Origin: Parcubacteria group bacterium
GTDB taxonomy: Bacteria; Patescibacteriota; Minisyncoccia; Phycocordibacterales; UBA2100
Assembly (NCBI GenBank): GCA_943358385.1
Contig: CALRGX010000001.1
Span: forward strand, 2,380 to 66,379
Length of the DNA stretch: 64,000 bases
Direction of reading: 5' to 3'
The notes under the pieces were generated by a model that did no database searches, was not told where the DNA came from, and saw only the letters and a list, made by a program, of their open reading frames with translations. Numbering within the stretch: position 1 is the stretch's first letter; each line of letters starts with the position of its first letter. Of this stretch, positions 48,013 to 57,807 are shown piece by piece. Made by a program: the position numbers and the translations under genes.

Positions 48013-49920
48013 ATGAAAAAAACGATTATAGGAATGTTTCTCGTGGTCGCGCTGGTGATGCCATTTGCATCGTCGGCTCTTACCGTGGATGACGTACAAA
48101 CACAAATAAACGCACTCCTCTCTCAAATTCGCATGTTGCAAGAACAGCTGGCGCAACTGACTAATGGCGGTGCTGTACTATCTCCCCCTACACTCCCGAA
48201 TCCTCCTCAACGGTGCTATCCAATAAATCGCGTGCTCCGTTACGGCCACCAAGGGGACGATGTACGTGCCCTTCAAGAACGCCTCCAGGAACAGGGTATA
48301 TTTACTGGTGAGGCAACGGGCTTTTTTGGGGCTGCTACTCAGGCTGCGGTGCAGCAGCTGCAAGCGAATGAGGGCATTGTTACCGGCGGATCGCCTGATA
48401 CTACTGGATACGGCTCAGTTGGCCCACGCACATCGCGACGAATCTGGATATGCGACGGCGGTGTCGACCCATACCCTAGCCATCTACAGTTACGCGCAAC
48501 GCCACAACAAGGCTCGGCGCCATTGTGGGTCTCTTTTGAGACGCGCATCGGTGGCCTACGCATGGCAAATCCATCGTACCTGATTGATTTTGGAGACGGT
48601 ACCTCTGAGCGACCAACGGAGTGTTTTGCACCTGCAGATGCGTGTGTAAATGCAGGGATAAATAAACATCTCTATCAGAATGAAGGTACGTATGTAGCAC
48701 GACTACTCGAAGTGACGGATGGTTGCAATGGCATACCAGGATGTATGGCCCCAGTGAGTCAACGCGAGCTTTCGTCAGTGCGTATAAAAGTTGGTGGAGA
48801 AGTTGCATGTATGACGGTTGAGTATCAAAGGCCTATTTGTGGACCTGGCGAAGAGGCACGACCTGTGAATTCAGGCAGTCAATGTCCAGGCCCATGGCAA
48901 TGCGTACCTGTAGAAGCGCCTGCACAGTGCAAAGTGTGGTACGACGGTTGTAACACCTGTAGCCGCACCTCACCCGGAGGTATGATGGCGTGCACGATGA
49001 TGTACTGTTTTGCGCACAATCAACCGATGTGTCGTGAGTACTTTGATGGTTCCACAGGGAACAGGCCACCAGTCATTTCAGGATTCGCAGGGCCAACGGT
49101 ACTCTACACCAATCAGTCAGGCACGTGGAAAATAGATGCAGCGGATCCAGAAAATCAATCACTCTCGTACAGAATTTCCTGGGGCGACGAAGGGGGTGTG
49201 TCTGCAAACAATGCACAAGGAGTGATGGACCTTGGTCGTCCTGTAGTGCAAAACACGACGTTCACTCACGCCTACAGTACGCCGGGTACCTACACCATCT
49301 CTATAACAGTCCAAGATATCGGCGGGCAGAGCGCTGTTACCACGACAACGGTCCGTGTCGAAGGAAGTGTTACGAGCGCCGATCTTGACGTCTCGCCCAA
49401 GAGTGGGAACGCGCCACTCACAGTTACTTTTTCTACAAAGGGAACAACCTCATCGTGGATGGAAGGCAATCAGATGGTGCAGCTAGCAGACGGTGGTACG
49501 CGTTATATTGAATTTGGTGATGGGTCGGTGCAGCGTCTTGACTGTCCGACGCCGGCTTATAGTTCGACGTGTGTGCTTCGCATTAGTCACACCTACAGCC
49601 AACAAGGGATTTATATCGCGAAATTGTTTGTGGCTGGATACTATGGCGTGCAAAATGATGCGGTCTACGGCACACGCAGCGACATTGCACAGGCTAAAGT
49701 CCAGGTATTTGGACCAGTCGCGGGAGGCGGAGATGTGTGTACGGCACAGTACAATCCTGTATGCGCAACAAAAACAATGTGTTCGGTAAGCGCTAATAAT
49801 GGGTCGGGAAACCAGTACCCAGCGCAGTGTTACTTGCAGCGGAAGACGTATTCAAGTTCATGTTTTGCTGAGGCAGATGGGGCTACTGTGGAGCACCAAG
49901 GAACTTGCGAAGTCTACTAA
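48013..49920 (+). CDS. Exported multidomain surface protein (peptidoglycan-binding, PKD, Cys-rich, Kazal-like)
   Basis: Signal; GDDVRALQ...TGFFGAAT; DFGDG/WGD/EFGDG PKD motifs; CTAQYNPVC. Confidence 0.85.
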   Translation: MKKTIIGMFLVVALVMPFASSALTVDDVQTQINALLSQIRMLQEQLAQLTNGGAVLSPPTLPNPPQRCYPINRVLRYGHQGDDVRALQERLQEQGIFTGEATGFFGAATQAAVQQLQANEGIVTGGSPDTTGYGSVGPRTSRRIWICDGGVDPYPSHLQLRATPQQGSAPLWVSFETRIGGLRMANPSYLIDFGDGTSERPTECFAPADACVNAGINKHLYQNEGTYVARLLEVTDGCNGIPGCMAPVSQRELSSVRIKVGGEVACMTVEYQRPICGPGEEARPVNSGSQCPGPWQCVPVEAPAQCKVWYDGCNTCSRTSPGGMMACTMMYCFAHNQPMCREYFDGSTGNRPPVISGFAGPTVLYTNQSGTWKIDAADPENQSLSYRISWGDEGGVSANNAQGVMDLGRPVVQNTTFTHAYSTPGTYTISITVQDIGGQSAVTTTTVRVEGSVTSADLDVSPKSGNAPLTVTFSTKGTTSSWMEGNQMVQLADGGTRYIEFGDGSVQRLDCPTPAYSSTCVLRISHTYSQQGIYIAKLFVAGYYGVQNDAVYGTRSDIAQAKVQVFGPVAGGGDVCTAQYNPVCATKTMCSVSANNGSGNQYPAQCYLQRKTYSSSCFAEADGATVEHQGTCEVY

Positions 49921-49977
49921 ATTCCACGCTTAGAAAAACAAGCCCCCGGTTTTGCCGGGGGCTTGTTTTTGGGCGGG

Positions 49978-50442
49978 TCAGCTATTTCTAATACGTTCTG
50001 CAATCTCTGTGAGTTGTGCGTCGTCTGCACGCTCGGCGTCATGCGACGACATATACCCTTCATACACAGTGAAAAACTTTTGCTCGTGGCTTTTGTGTTG
50101 CCTCCAAGATTCATCCGAAGTGCCATGCATCGGGAAGATTTTCGCATGCAAGTGATTCACTCCAAAACCCTCAAACATGAATCCAGTGCGCCCCACGTCC
50201 GGGAAAGCTGCATCAATTTTTCTGGCGACGATACGTGCGGCTTTGAAAATGCCGTCGGCCACTTCTTCAGACACCGCGGCGACGTAACTATCCTGGTGTT
50301 CCTTCGTAATAACGACTGTGAAACCTTCGGTATTTGGGAAAATGGAAAGGAATGCCAGGTGCTTTTCGTCTTCCCAGACCTTGTGGCAAGGAGCTTCTCC
50401 TTGCGCAATCTTGCAAAAAATACAATCAGCAATGTGTTTCAT
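49978..50442 (-). CDS. HIT family protein
   Basis: CIFCKI and VNHLHAKIFP. Confidence 0.88.
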   Translation of the reverse strand: MKHIADCIFCKIAQGEAPCHKVWEDEKHLAFLSIFPNTEGFTVVITKEHQDSYVAAVSEEVADGIFKAARIVARKIDAAFPDVGRTGFMFEGFGVNHLHAKIFPMHGTSDESWRQHKSHEQKFFTVYEGYMSSHDAERADDAQLTEIAERIRNS

Positions 50443-50495
50443 GGGGAAAGTATAGCAAAAGAGTGGCGGCAAACCGTAGGTTTGCCGCTGTGAGC

Positions 50496-50873
50496 TTACT
50501 CTGCGTGGTGCTCAATGAGGGAGATGTCTTCCTTCTTTTTTATCAGTGCAATAGCTCGGTCGGCACGAAACGCATGTATGCGTTCAACAACGTTTACCAT
50601 GTGAGCGACGCTCGTGGCGCTTGGGTCCCAATCGCTTTTTGCATGCAGTGTGGTAACACGAACGGCAATTTTAGCGAGCAGTTGCAGGTCACGCTGCGAG
50701 AGTTTGGGAAGGAGAATTTCAAGGTCGCTCGGTGTAGTCAGCCAGCGCAGCCAATACTTAATAACTGACTTCTGTTTGTCAGAAAGGTCGTGCACATCTC
50801 TCCCAATACTGCGGCTGTAGATGGTGCCCACTTTGTCGAGTAGGGAAAGATCGATACATCCTAGTGCGTACAT
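50496..50873 (-). CDS. Hypothetical protein
   Basis: AAGGAGG RBS before MYALG; divergent from the Lrp gene. Confidence 0.65.
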   Translation of the reverse strand: MYALGCIDLSLLDKVGTIYSRSIGRDVHDLSDKQKSVIKYWLRWLTTPSDLEILLPKLSQRDLQLLAKIAVRVTTLHAKSDWDPSATSVAHMVNVVERIHAFRADRAIALIKKKEDISLIEHHAE

Positions 50874-50990
50874 AGCTTCCTCCTTGTTTCCGCTAAGTAT
50901 TAAACAGTGTGCGCACATTTTAAGTAAATTTGTGCGCATTTTATGCACATATAGTGTTCAATAATGAATATTATTGCGTATAATACGAGT

Positions 50991-51482
50991 ATGATCGCAA
51001 GGAAGCTTCCACGGAAGGTGCCTCTCGACGAGAAAGACAAAGCTATTTTGAGTGCGCTTTTGCGCGATCCGCGCACCTCAACGGCCGAAGTTGCTCGCAA
51101 AACTGGCGTGCAACGCGACACAGTGCTTCATCGGGTAGAGAAAATGGAAAAGCGCGGGCTCATATCCAAATACCACACTATTATTGAACCGGAGGCCTTG
51201 GGTATGTCGATGTTCGTTCTCGTCCTCATTAAAGCAGAGCCTGTTTCTCACGACATACTCGGAGTATTTGTTGAAAAGTTAGTAGCGCATGCACATGTTA
51301 CCCATGTGGCGCGTCTTGTGGGGAACTACGATTATTTTGTTCAAGTTGCAGCAGAAGACATTGCGCAGCTTGATGGGGTGCTGAGTGACATAAAGCGTAT
51401 GGGGCAAGGTGTTATTCGTGATGTGGAAGTGGCAAATATCATTGATGGACTCAAAACCGACGACTTCTCAGCATTGGTGTAG
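50991..51482 (+). CDS. Lrp/AsnC family regulator
   Basis: LDEKDKAIL...HTH...GNYDY. Confidence 0.9.
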   Translation: MIARKLPRKVPLDEKDKAILSALLRDPRTSTAEVARKTGVQRDTVLHRVEKMEKRGLISKYHTIIEPEALGMSMFVLVLIKAEPVSHDILGVFVEKLVAHAHVTHVARLVGNYDYFVQVAAEDIAQLDGVLSDIKRMGQGVIRDVEVANIIDGLKTDDFSALV

Positions 51483-51501
51483 CAGGTGATACCATGCGCA
51501 C

Positions 51502-53169
51502 ATGGTGTTGCCTGATTTCATTACGAAGCTCTTGGACGAGCGGGGTGTCATAACAGATAACGATAAGACTGCCTTTCTTTCGCCAGATTTCCTGCAAGGG
51601 ACACACGGTGCGTTTCTCTTGGCGGACATTCGTGCCGCAGCACTACGCGTAGTAGAAGCGTGTGAACGAAAAGAAAAAATTGCCATCTATGCTGATTTTG
51701 ATGCTGACGGTATCCCCGGGGCGGTCATCCTCCATGATTTCTTTACTAAAATTGGCGTACAGCCCATTGTATACATTCCGCATCGGCACAATGAGGGATA
51801 TGGTCTCCATCCTGCGGCAATTGAAAAACTGCACGAACAAGGCGTCACGCTACTTATTACAGTAGACGTAGGCATCAGTGGCCACGAGGGGGCACGACGC
51901 GCGCAAGCGTTGGGTATCGACCTCTTAATCACCGATCATCACGAACTGCCTGCAGAACTTCCTGCGGCGTATGCCATTGTGCATCCGCGGCTCATCTCTG
52001 AAGAAACAAAGGCGCAGTATCCCTTCGTACATTTATGTGGTGCCGCGGTTGCGTTCAAGCTGGTACAGGCGACACTCGCTGTTGGCAGAGAGCAGAAAAT
52101 TTCTACATATCTCGCTGTACCAGAAGGGTGGGAGAAATGGCTCTTGGATATGGTAGGGATTGCGACACTCTCCGACATGGTGCCCTTGAAAGGAGAGAAT
52201 CGTGTGCTCGCCAGTTTCGGTCTGATGGTCTTGCGTAAATCACCACGTAAAGGGCTGAAAGCACTCTGTAAGAAAAATCGTATAGACCAGCGATCACTCA
52301 CCGAAGAGGATATAGGATTTACCATCACGCCGCGTATTAATGCTGCCTCGAGAATGGATGAGCCTGAGTTGGCCTTTCGCCTACTCGCGACCCAAGACAT
52401 GGAGGAAGCTGAACTGCTAGCAGCAACATTGGAGAAGTTAAACACTAAACGCAAAGGGGCCGTTGCATCGGTAGTCAAAATAGCCCGGGCAAAAGTGCTC
52501 GAAAGGCACCCTGATGATTTTGTGGCAGTGGTAGGAGACCCTTCGTGGAAACCAGCTCTCCTTGGTCTTGCGGCCAACTCGCTACTCGACGGACGCAAGG
52601 GGGTGGTGTGTCTCTGGGGAAGAGACGGTACCGGGATGTTGAAAGGGTCGTGTCGTTCTGATGGGAGCGTGCATGTGACCGAGATGTTCGCTGCCGCCGG
52701 TGTAGCGTTAGAAGAATCTGGTGGACACGCTTGTGCCGGCGGCTTTTCAGTGTCCTTGGATGAAGTACACACACTTCATACGCATTTTTCTCGGGTGGCA
52801 CGCACGGTACCTGCCGCGCCGGCAACCGTATCCGTGCCACACGCTATTCATCCGCGCGAGCTGACCTATGCATTGTATGAGTCACTGCGCATTCTTGCTC
52901 CCTTTGGGGTGGGGAATGAGAAGCCGCAGCTTGAGCTCCCAGACGTATTAATAGAGGAGGTACGCATTTTCGGGAAGGAGGGAAATCATACAGAGATTAT
53001 CGTATCAAAAGATGGCTACCGTATTCGCGCCTTCCAATTTTTTAAGACGCCTGATGATTTCACCAAGTTGCCCACTGTAGGTGAGACGTGCACTTTGCGG
53101 GGCTCAGTCGAGCGGGACCAGTTTAAAGGGATACGCAAAGTTGCGCTACGCACAGTGGACGTACGCTGA
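51502..53169 (+). CDS. recJ: ssDNA exonuclease RecJ
   Basis: DFDADG, TVDVG, TDHH, PRINAA, GGH, PFGVGN. Confidence 0.94.
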   Translation: MVLPDFITKLLDERGVITDNDKTAFLSPDFLQGTHGAFLLADIRAAALRVVEACERKEKIAIYADFDADGIPGAVILHDFFTKIGVQPIVYIPHRHNEGYGLHPAAIEKLHEQGVTLLITVDVGISGHEGARRAQALGIDLLITDHHELPAELPAAYAIVHPRLISEETKAQYPFVHLCGAAVAFKLVQATLAVGREQKISTYLAVPEGWEKWLLDMVGIATLSDMVPLKGENRVLASFGLMVLRKSPRKGLKALCKKNRIDQRSLTEEDIGFTITPRINAASRMDEPELAFRLLATQDMEEAELLAATLEKLNTKRKGAVASVVKIARAKVLERHPDDFVAVVGDPSWKPALLGLAANSLLDGRKGVVCLWGRDGTGMLKGSCRSDGSVHVTEMFAAAGVALEESGGHACAGGFSVSLDEVHTLHTHFSRVARTVPAAPATVSVPHAIHPRELTYALYESLRILAPFGVGNEKPQLELPDVLIEEVRIFGKEGNHTEIIVSKDGYRIRAFQFFKTPDDFTKLPTVGETCTLRGSVERDQFKGIRKVALRTVDVR

Positions 53170-53198
53170 GGCACTCTGCGGTGGTACACTGTGCGCAT

Positions 53199-53819
53199 AT
53201 GAAAGACCTCACTATAAAAGCACTGTTTACGTGGGCGTGGGAGAAATTTACTCAGCGACCGTGGGCGTTTATTGGCCTGTTTGCCGGAGCACTCATTGTC
53301 TCAGGCATCTCCTCAGCAATCCTCAGTTCTGCTGAGGGTGTGGCCGGGCTCTACCAGCTCCTGTGGTTGGGTGACTATGCTGTGCAAACGCTTGTGTCGA
53401 TGGGGATCATGGCAATCGGCCTCAAAGCCTACAAAGACACGGCTCATCTATCAATTCACGATTTGTGGCATCCGAAACGATTCGTCCCGTATCTTTTTGC
53501 GACACTGCTGACTGGCATTACGGTGATCGTGGGCCTGGTGCTCTTGATTGTACCTGGACTTGTTGCCATGACGATGTTTATGTTTGCTCCGTACCTCGTT
53601 CTTGATAAGGGCATGAGCCCAGTTGACGCTATGAAGCACAGCATGAAGATGACAGAAGGGCATCGCATGTCGTTGTTTGTTTTTCTCCTCGCCATGATCG
53701 GTATCAACATACTCGGTGCACTTCTCATTGGTGTCGGGCTTCTGGTTTCGGTACCGGTGTCCCTCTTGGCAACAGTGCGTGCGTATCGCTTGCTTGAAGC
53801 GATGCCAAAGTCTGCATAG
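53199..53819 (+). CDS. Integral membrane protein, DUF975-like
   Basis: LLIVPG...PYLVLD...S..MTEG...GVGLLVSVP. Confidence 0.75.
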   Translation: MKDLTIKALFTWAWEKFTQRPWAFIGLFAGALIVSGISSAILSSAEGVAGLYQLLWLGDYAVQTLVSMGIMAIGLKAYKDTAHLSIHDLWHPKRFVPYLFATLLTGITVIVGLVLLIVPGLVAMTMFMFAPYLVLDKGMSPVDAMKHSMKMTEGHRMSLFVFLLAMIGINILGALLIGVGLLVSVPVSLLATVRAYRLLEAMPKSA

Positions 53820-53820
53820 C

Positions 53821-54237
53821 ATGGGAGTGGTCGTGTTTTCAGATGGTGGTGCGCGCAATAATCCCGGGCCTTCTGGCATCGGGGTTGTTGTATATAAAGA
53901 CGACCAGAAAGTTCTCGAGCTCGCCGAGTACTTGGGGGAGCAAACAAACAACTGGGCTGAATATCAAGGAGTCATTCGCGGTTTGGAAAAGTTGATTGAG
54001 CAAGGCTTGCAAGAAGAGCAAGTGGAAGTCCGCATGGACAGCAAGTTGGTCATTGAGCAGTTGCTCGGACACTGGAAGATTAAAGAGCTCGGTCTTCAAG
54101 AGCAGGCGCGGCGCGCGAAGATACTGATGCAATCATTTCCTGCACTCGATTTTACGCATATTCCGAGAGAAAAAAATAAAGAAGCCGACCTGCTCGCGAA
54201 CGCGGCAATGGATCAGGGGATGGGCATACAGGTGTAA
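53821..54237 (+). CDS. rnhA: Ribonuclease HI family protein
   Basis: DGGARNNPG, TNNWAEY, DSKLV, HIPREKNKEAD. Confidence 0.92.
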   Translation: MGVVVFSDGGARNNPGPSGIGVVVYKDDQKVLELAEYLGEQTNNWAEYQGVIRGLEKLIEQGLQEEQVEVRMDSKLVIEQLLGHWKIKELGLQEQARRAKILMQSFPALDFTHIPREKNKEADLLANAAMDQGMGIQV

Positions 54238-54296
54238 AGTGTAGGCTTTTCGTATACCATTGCCACATTACTTGAGTATGTAGCTACCTATATATT

Positions 54297-54614
54297 ATGC
54301 CTACAACAGTTGCGCCAGGAGGTTTTGCAGGGTTCATGCAATTTATCCGAGAACAGGGTGTCGTTGGTCTTGCGGTCGGTTTTATTCTCGGGGGCGCAGT
54401 ATCAAAGGTTGTGTCTGCATTAGTGAACGACATTGTGAACCCACTTCTCGGCGCGGTTCTTGGGTCAACTGAAGGTTTGAAGGCGATGAAGCTTGGTCCC
54501 GTACTTTTGGGAGATTTCGTTTCAGTTGCTATTGATTTCATCATCATTGCGGCAGTGGTCTACTTTGTAGTGAAAGGGCTTGGGTTAGACAAGATGGACG
54601 TGAAGAAGACGTAG
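54297..54614 (+). CDS. mscL: Large-conductance mechanosensitive channel
   Basis: VVGLAVGFILG...LVNDIVNP...IDFIII. Confidence 0.9.
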   Translation: MPTTVAPGGFAGFMQFIREQGVVGLAVGFILGGAVSKVVSALVNDIVNPLLGAVLGSTEGLKAMKLGPVLLGDFVSVAIDFIIIAAVVYFVVKGLGLDKMDVKKT

Positions 54615-54717
54615 ATTTCAGTTTGTTTCAAACAGCGGCCTATATAGGCCGCTGTTTGCTTCCGCGCTTTGGTCCATGGTATATGAAAAGTAGCTACTCT
54701 TTAGCAGAAAAGGAAAG

Positions 54718-55287
54718 GTGATGTCACAGGCTAGCCTAGAAGAAGTGGCAGAGCGCTATGCGCGCTTCTGCCAGATGCTCGTACCACCACGCTTTGGTGC
54801 AGAACGGTACACGGGAGCTTTTGCCGAGTTTGAAGAACTCTGCAGGCATCCATTAGTGGCAGGATGTTCAATCTCCGAAAGAGCCGTGCACATCGGGACA
54901 GAGTTTTTAACGGGTACGGCAGGCGGGGATGTGTATGACATTGGGGAATTCATCCTCACTGTTTCAAAGGATGCGGTCACCTGGGAGAACATAACAAAAA
55001 CTTCAGGTTCGCATCATGCACCATGTATAAGTTCTGCCAAAGTACTATGCGGCGATCCAGAATTGAACAACAGAATACGGCACGCGCTAAAAGATGGGCT
55101 CCTGCATGAAGTATTTTTCAACATGATCGACGCTGCTCAGCGAGATGGTTATCTTGCGCCTCTCGCGAAATCCTGGCCCAAAAGTTCGCGGCCGCATGTT
55201 TCCGCGTTATCACCCAAACGGGTGATAGTCGCGACACCTGTGGAAAAGCAAGTGAAACCGTTGTTTACCTGGAGGTTGTGGAAATGA
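54718..55287 (+). CDS. Hypothetical protein, possible prokaryotic E2-like fold
   Basis: Beta-rich core, then HHAPCISSAKVLCGD, then two helices; stop overlaps the ThiF start (ATGA). Confidence 0.7.
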   Translation: MMSQASLEEVAERYARFCQMLVPPRFGAERYTGAFAEFEELCRHPLVAGCSISERAVHIGTEFLTGTAGGDVYDIGEFILTVSKDAVTWENITKTSGSHHAPCISSAKVLCGDPELNNRIRHALKDGLLHEVFFNMIDAAQRDGYLAPLAKSWPKSSRPHVSALSPKRVIVATPVEKQVKPLFTWRLWK

Positions 55288-55964
55288 ACTTCTCGCGTCA
55301 AGAATCACGATTCAATCCTGCACAGTTTGCGCTCAAAGTTGCCGTTATTGGACTTGGAGGAGTTGGTGGCGACGTGGTGTACGAACTGGTAAAGCATGGA
55401 GTCAGTGGAGTTGTGGGGTTCGACCACGATACGGTTGCACCAGAGAATCCACCGGGGCAGCTCTATCGAGTTCGCGACGCAGGTCAACAGAAGGCAACGG
55501 TCTTGCGAGATATAGTCGTTGAGTTTGCAGACGGCGAATTCACCGGTTTTGCTCACAAGGTCATCGAAGAGTTGCCTGAAGCGGACGTGCTGTTTCTGTG
55601 TGTAGACGACATGGGTGCCCGAAAGAGCATTATGCACGCTGCTTTTCGGTCGACGGGTGTCAGATTGGTAATTGAAACACGGGTCGACGCTGACTCGGTC
55701 GTGGTGTTCACCGTCATCCCTCAAAATGTTGAACATCAAGAGTTATGGGATCACTATTGGTTTCCCAATGAAGAGGCTGAGAATAATGGCGGATGTTCAG
55801 TCCCCACGTCACTTGGGGTTACGTCATCTATCGCTGCGCAGATAGCAGTCAATCAGCTCTTCAACTGGTTCGGAAACGGCGAGAAGGATCTTGCACTTGT
55901 TAGTGACCATCACATTGTGGTCACCTTGCGACCCCAATTCACGGCGCGCGCTGCCACGTGGTGA
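55284..55964 (+). CDS. ThiF/E1-family adenylyltransferase
   Basis: FSRQ, IGLGGVG, DHDTV..EN...Q, CVD..AR, candidate catalytic Cys in GGCS; GGAGG RBS. Confidence 0.9.
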   Translation: MNFSRQESRFNPAQFALKVAVIGLGGVGGDVVYELVKHGVSGVVGFDHDTVAPENPPGQLYRVRDAGQQKATVLRDIVVEFADGEFTGFAHKVIEELPEADVLFLCVDDMGARKSIMHAAFRSTGVRLVIETRVDADSVVVFTVIPQNVEHQELWDHYWFPNEEAENNGGCSVPTSLGVTSSIAAQIAVNQLFNWFGNGEKDLALVSDHHIVVTLRPQFTARAATW

Positions 55965-55981
55965 CGGAGATCGCATCGTGT

Positions 55982-56009
55982 TTGACAACATCATGTCACT
56001 CGGTATGCT
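55982..56009 (+). promoter_or_regulatory. Sigma70-type promoter
   Basis: TTGACA-N16-TATGCT, with a TGACA-N6-TGTCA inverted repeat over the -35 box. Confidence 0.65.
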
Positions 56010-56086
56010 GGAAACAGCCTGCTGTACATCCATGGTGTCTACGCGCAGGTACTCGACAACCGTAGACATACAGAAGGAGCAAGAAC

Positions 56087-56236
56087 ATGGCACGAATGAC
56101 GGAAAAACTCGAATCGCTCGGCCACGCCGTGGCCTTGTCTGACAAAGTTTCCATCGTTGCCGTTGTTTCATCTCAAGGCAGTGTCCCGACGGCCGATGCG
56201 AAGCTTCAGATTTCGCCGAAGGTTTCGTCGAGCTGA
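56087..56236 (+). CDS. 49-aa peptide, candidate substrate or modifier of the ThiF enzyme
   Basis: AAGGAG RBS; MARMTEKLESLGHAVALSDKVSIVAVVSSQGSVPTADAKLQISPKVSSS; hairpin at 56257-56283. Confidence 0.65.
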   Translation: MARMTEKLESLGHAVALSDKVSIVAVVSSQGSVPTADAKLQISPKVSSS

Positions 56237-56310
56237 CGTTCGCCGGCAGACGATCCGCAGCCTCCTTCATTGAAGGAGGCTGCACTCATTTCCCTTGCTA
56301 CCATTTCGGT

Positions 56311-57807
56311 ATGCAGGGGCATGTTTTTTACTCAGGAGTTGCAGCTTTTTTAGTGGCAACGGCGATAGCGCTTGTGGTTCCTTTGGGTTGGTGGGAGATT
56401 GCGTGGATGGTGATGATCGGCAGTGTACTTGGTGTGGCTGCTTGGGCTATGCGTGTGCCGTACACGATGTCGCTCGTGGTTACTATCAGTTTGTGTGCAC
56501 TCGCGTGGGTGCGGGTAGCATTGCTGCCGCCAATTACACATCCGGAAATCGATGCGTTCCTCGGGCAAAAAGTGCATCTCACGGGAGAGTTGCGCGATGA
56601 GGTTGATGAACGCGAAGCAAACGCGCGATTGGCGATTCGTGTCACGCACATTGATGGAGTGGATGTGGCGCATATACAGCCGGTGCATGTTCTAGCTCTT
56701 GTTGCGCCACATCCTACAGTATCCTACGGGGACACGGTGGTAGTTGAAGGAACTCTCAAAAAGCCAGAGACATTTGAAACTGATGCAGGCCGCACATTTG
56801 ATTATCCGCAGTATCTTGCAGTGGAAGGTATTGGTTACACAATGTCATTCGGTCACATCGTGAAAACGGAAGACGGGGGTACGTCATTTCGCCGCATTCT
56901 TTTTTCAATAAAGGACCATTATCTTGATGGTATTGGGCAGACATTAGTCGAACCATATGCGGCACTCGCTGGTGGGCTCACGGTGGGTGACAAGCGCGCG
57001 CTCGGCGGAGAACTCCTTGATACGTTTCGCGATGCAGGCATCGTACACATTGTGGTACTGTCGGGTTTCAATATCACCATCATCATTGCGTTTCTTTTAG
57101 GCTGGATGAGGAACTTAAGCAAAAAAGTGCAATTGATGGTAGGAACTTTGGTCATCGTTGCGTTTGTTTTGATGACAGGAGCGTCTGCAACAGGTGTGCG
57201 TGCAGGCATTATGGCTACACTTGCGCTTTTGGCGACCGCACTCACGCGCCAGTACGCCATTATGCGCGCACTGGCGATAGCGGCCGCCGTGATGGTGCTA
57301 TGGAATCCGCGCATTCTTTTGTACGATCCTGGGTTTCAATTGTCAGTGGTTGCAACGATTGGATTAGTGACGGTGGCGCCTCGTATTGCCAAGCGTTTCC
57401 TATGGCTCACGGAGCGCTTTGGTCTGCGTGAGATTGTGGCGAGCACTATTGGTACGCAGATTGCCGTCTTGCCACTCCTCGTCTACCTCATTGGCGAAAT
57501 ATCACTTGTTGCGCTTCCAGCAAACCTGCTCGTCCTTCCTACGGTGCCGTTTGCCATGCTTCTTGCATCAGTTGCGGGGCTATACGGCATGATCGGCTTA
57601 CCATTCGCTGCCTTGATTGGGTATCCATCCTACTTATTGCTCGCGTGGATTGTATGTGTTGCTGAATGGGCTGCTGCAATGCCATTAGGTACAGTAGTTG
57701 TTCCCGCACTCCCATTGTGGATGGTGGGTAGTATGTATGCGGTCGCGTGCCTCTGGTTGATTATGCGGCCAAGCGACTCTCCACAACACTCCAATTCAGG
57801 TTCTTGA
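56311..57807 (+). CDS. comEC: ComEC membrane (OB + competence) domain
   Basis: HIVVLSGFN, RAGIM, NP...DPGFQLS, LPANL. Confidence 0.92.
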   Translation: MQGHVFYSGVAAFLVATAIALVVPLGWWEIAWMVMIGSVLGVAAWAMRVPYTMSLVVTISLCALAWVRVALLPPITHPEIDAFLGQKVHLTGELRDEVDEREANARLAIRVTHIDGVDVAHIQPVHVLALVAPHPTVSYGDTVVVEGTLKKPETFETDAGRTFDYPQYLAVEGIGYTMSFGHIVKTEDGGTSFRRILFSIKDHYLDGIGQTLVEPYAALAGGLTVGDKRALGGELLDTFRDAGIVHIVVLSGFNITIIIAFLLGWMRNLSKKVQLMVGTLVIVAFVLMTGASATGVRAGIMATLALLATALTRQYAIMRALAIAAAVMVLWNPRILLYDPGFQLSVVATIGLVTVAPRIAKRFLWLTERFGLREIVASTIGTQIAVLPLLVYLIGEISLVALPANLLVLPTVPFAMLLASVAGLYGMIGLPFAALIGYPSYLLLAWIVCVAEWAAAMPLGTVVVPALPLWMVGSMYAVACLWLIMRPSDSPQHSNSGS

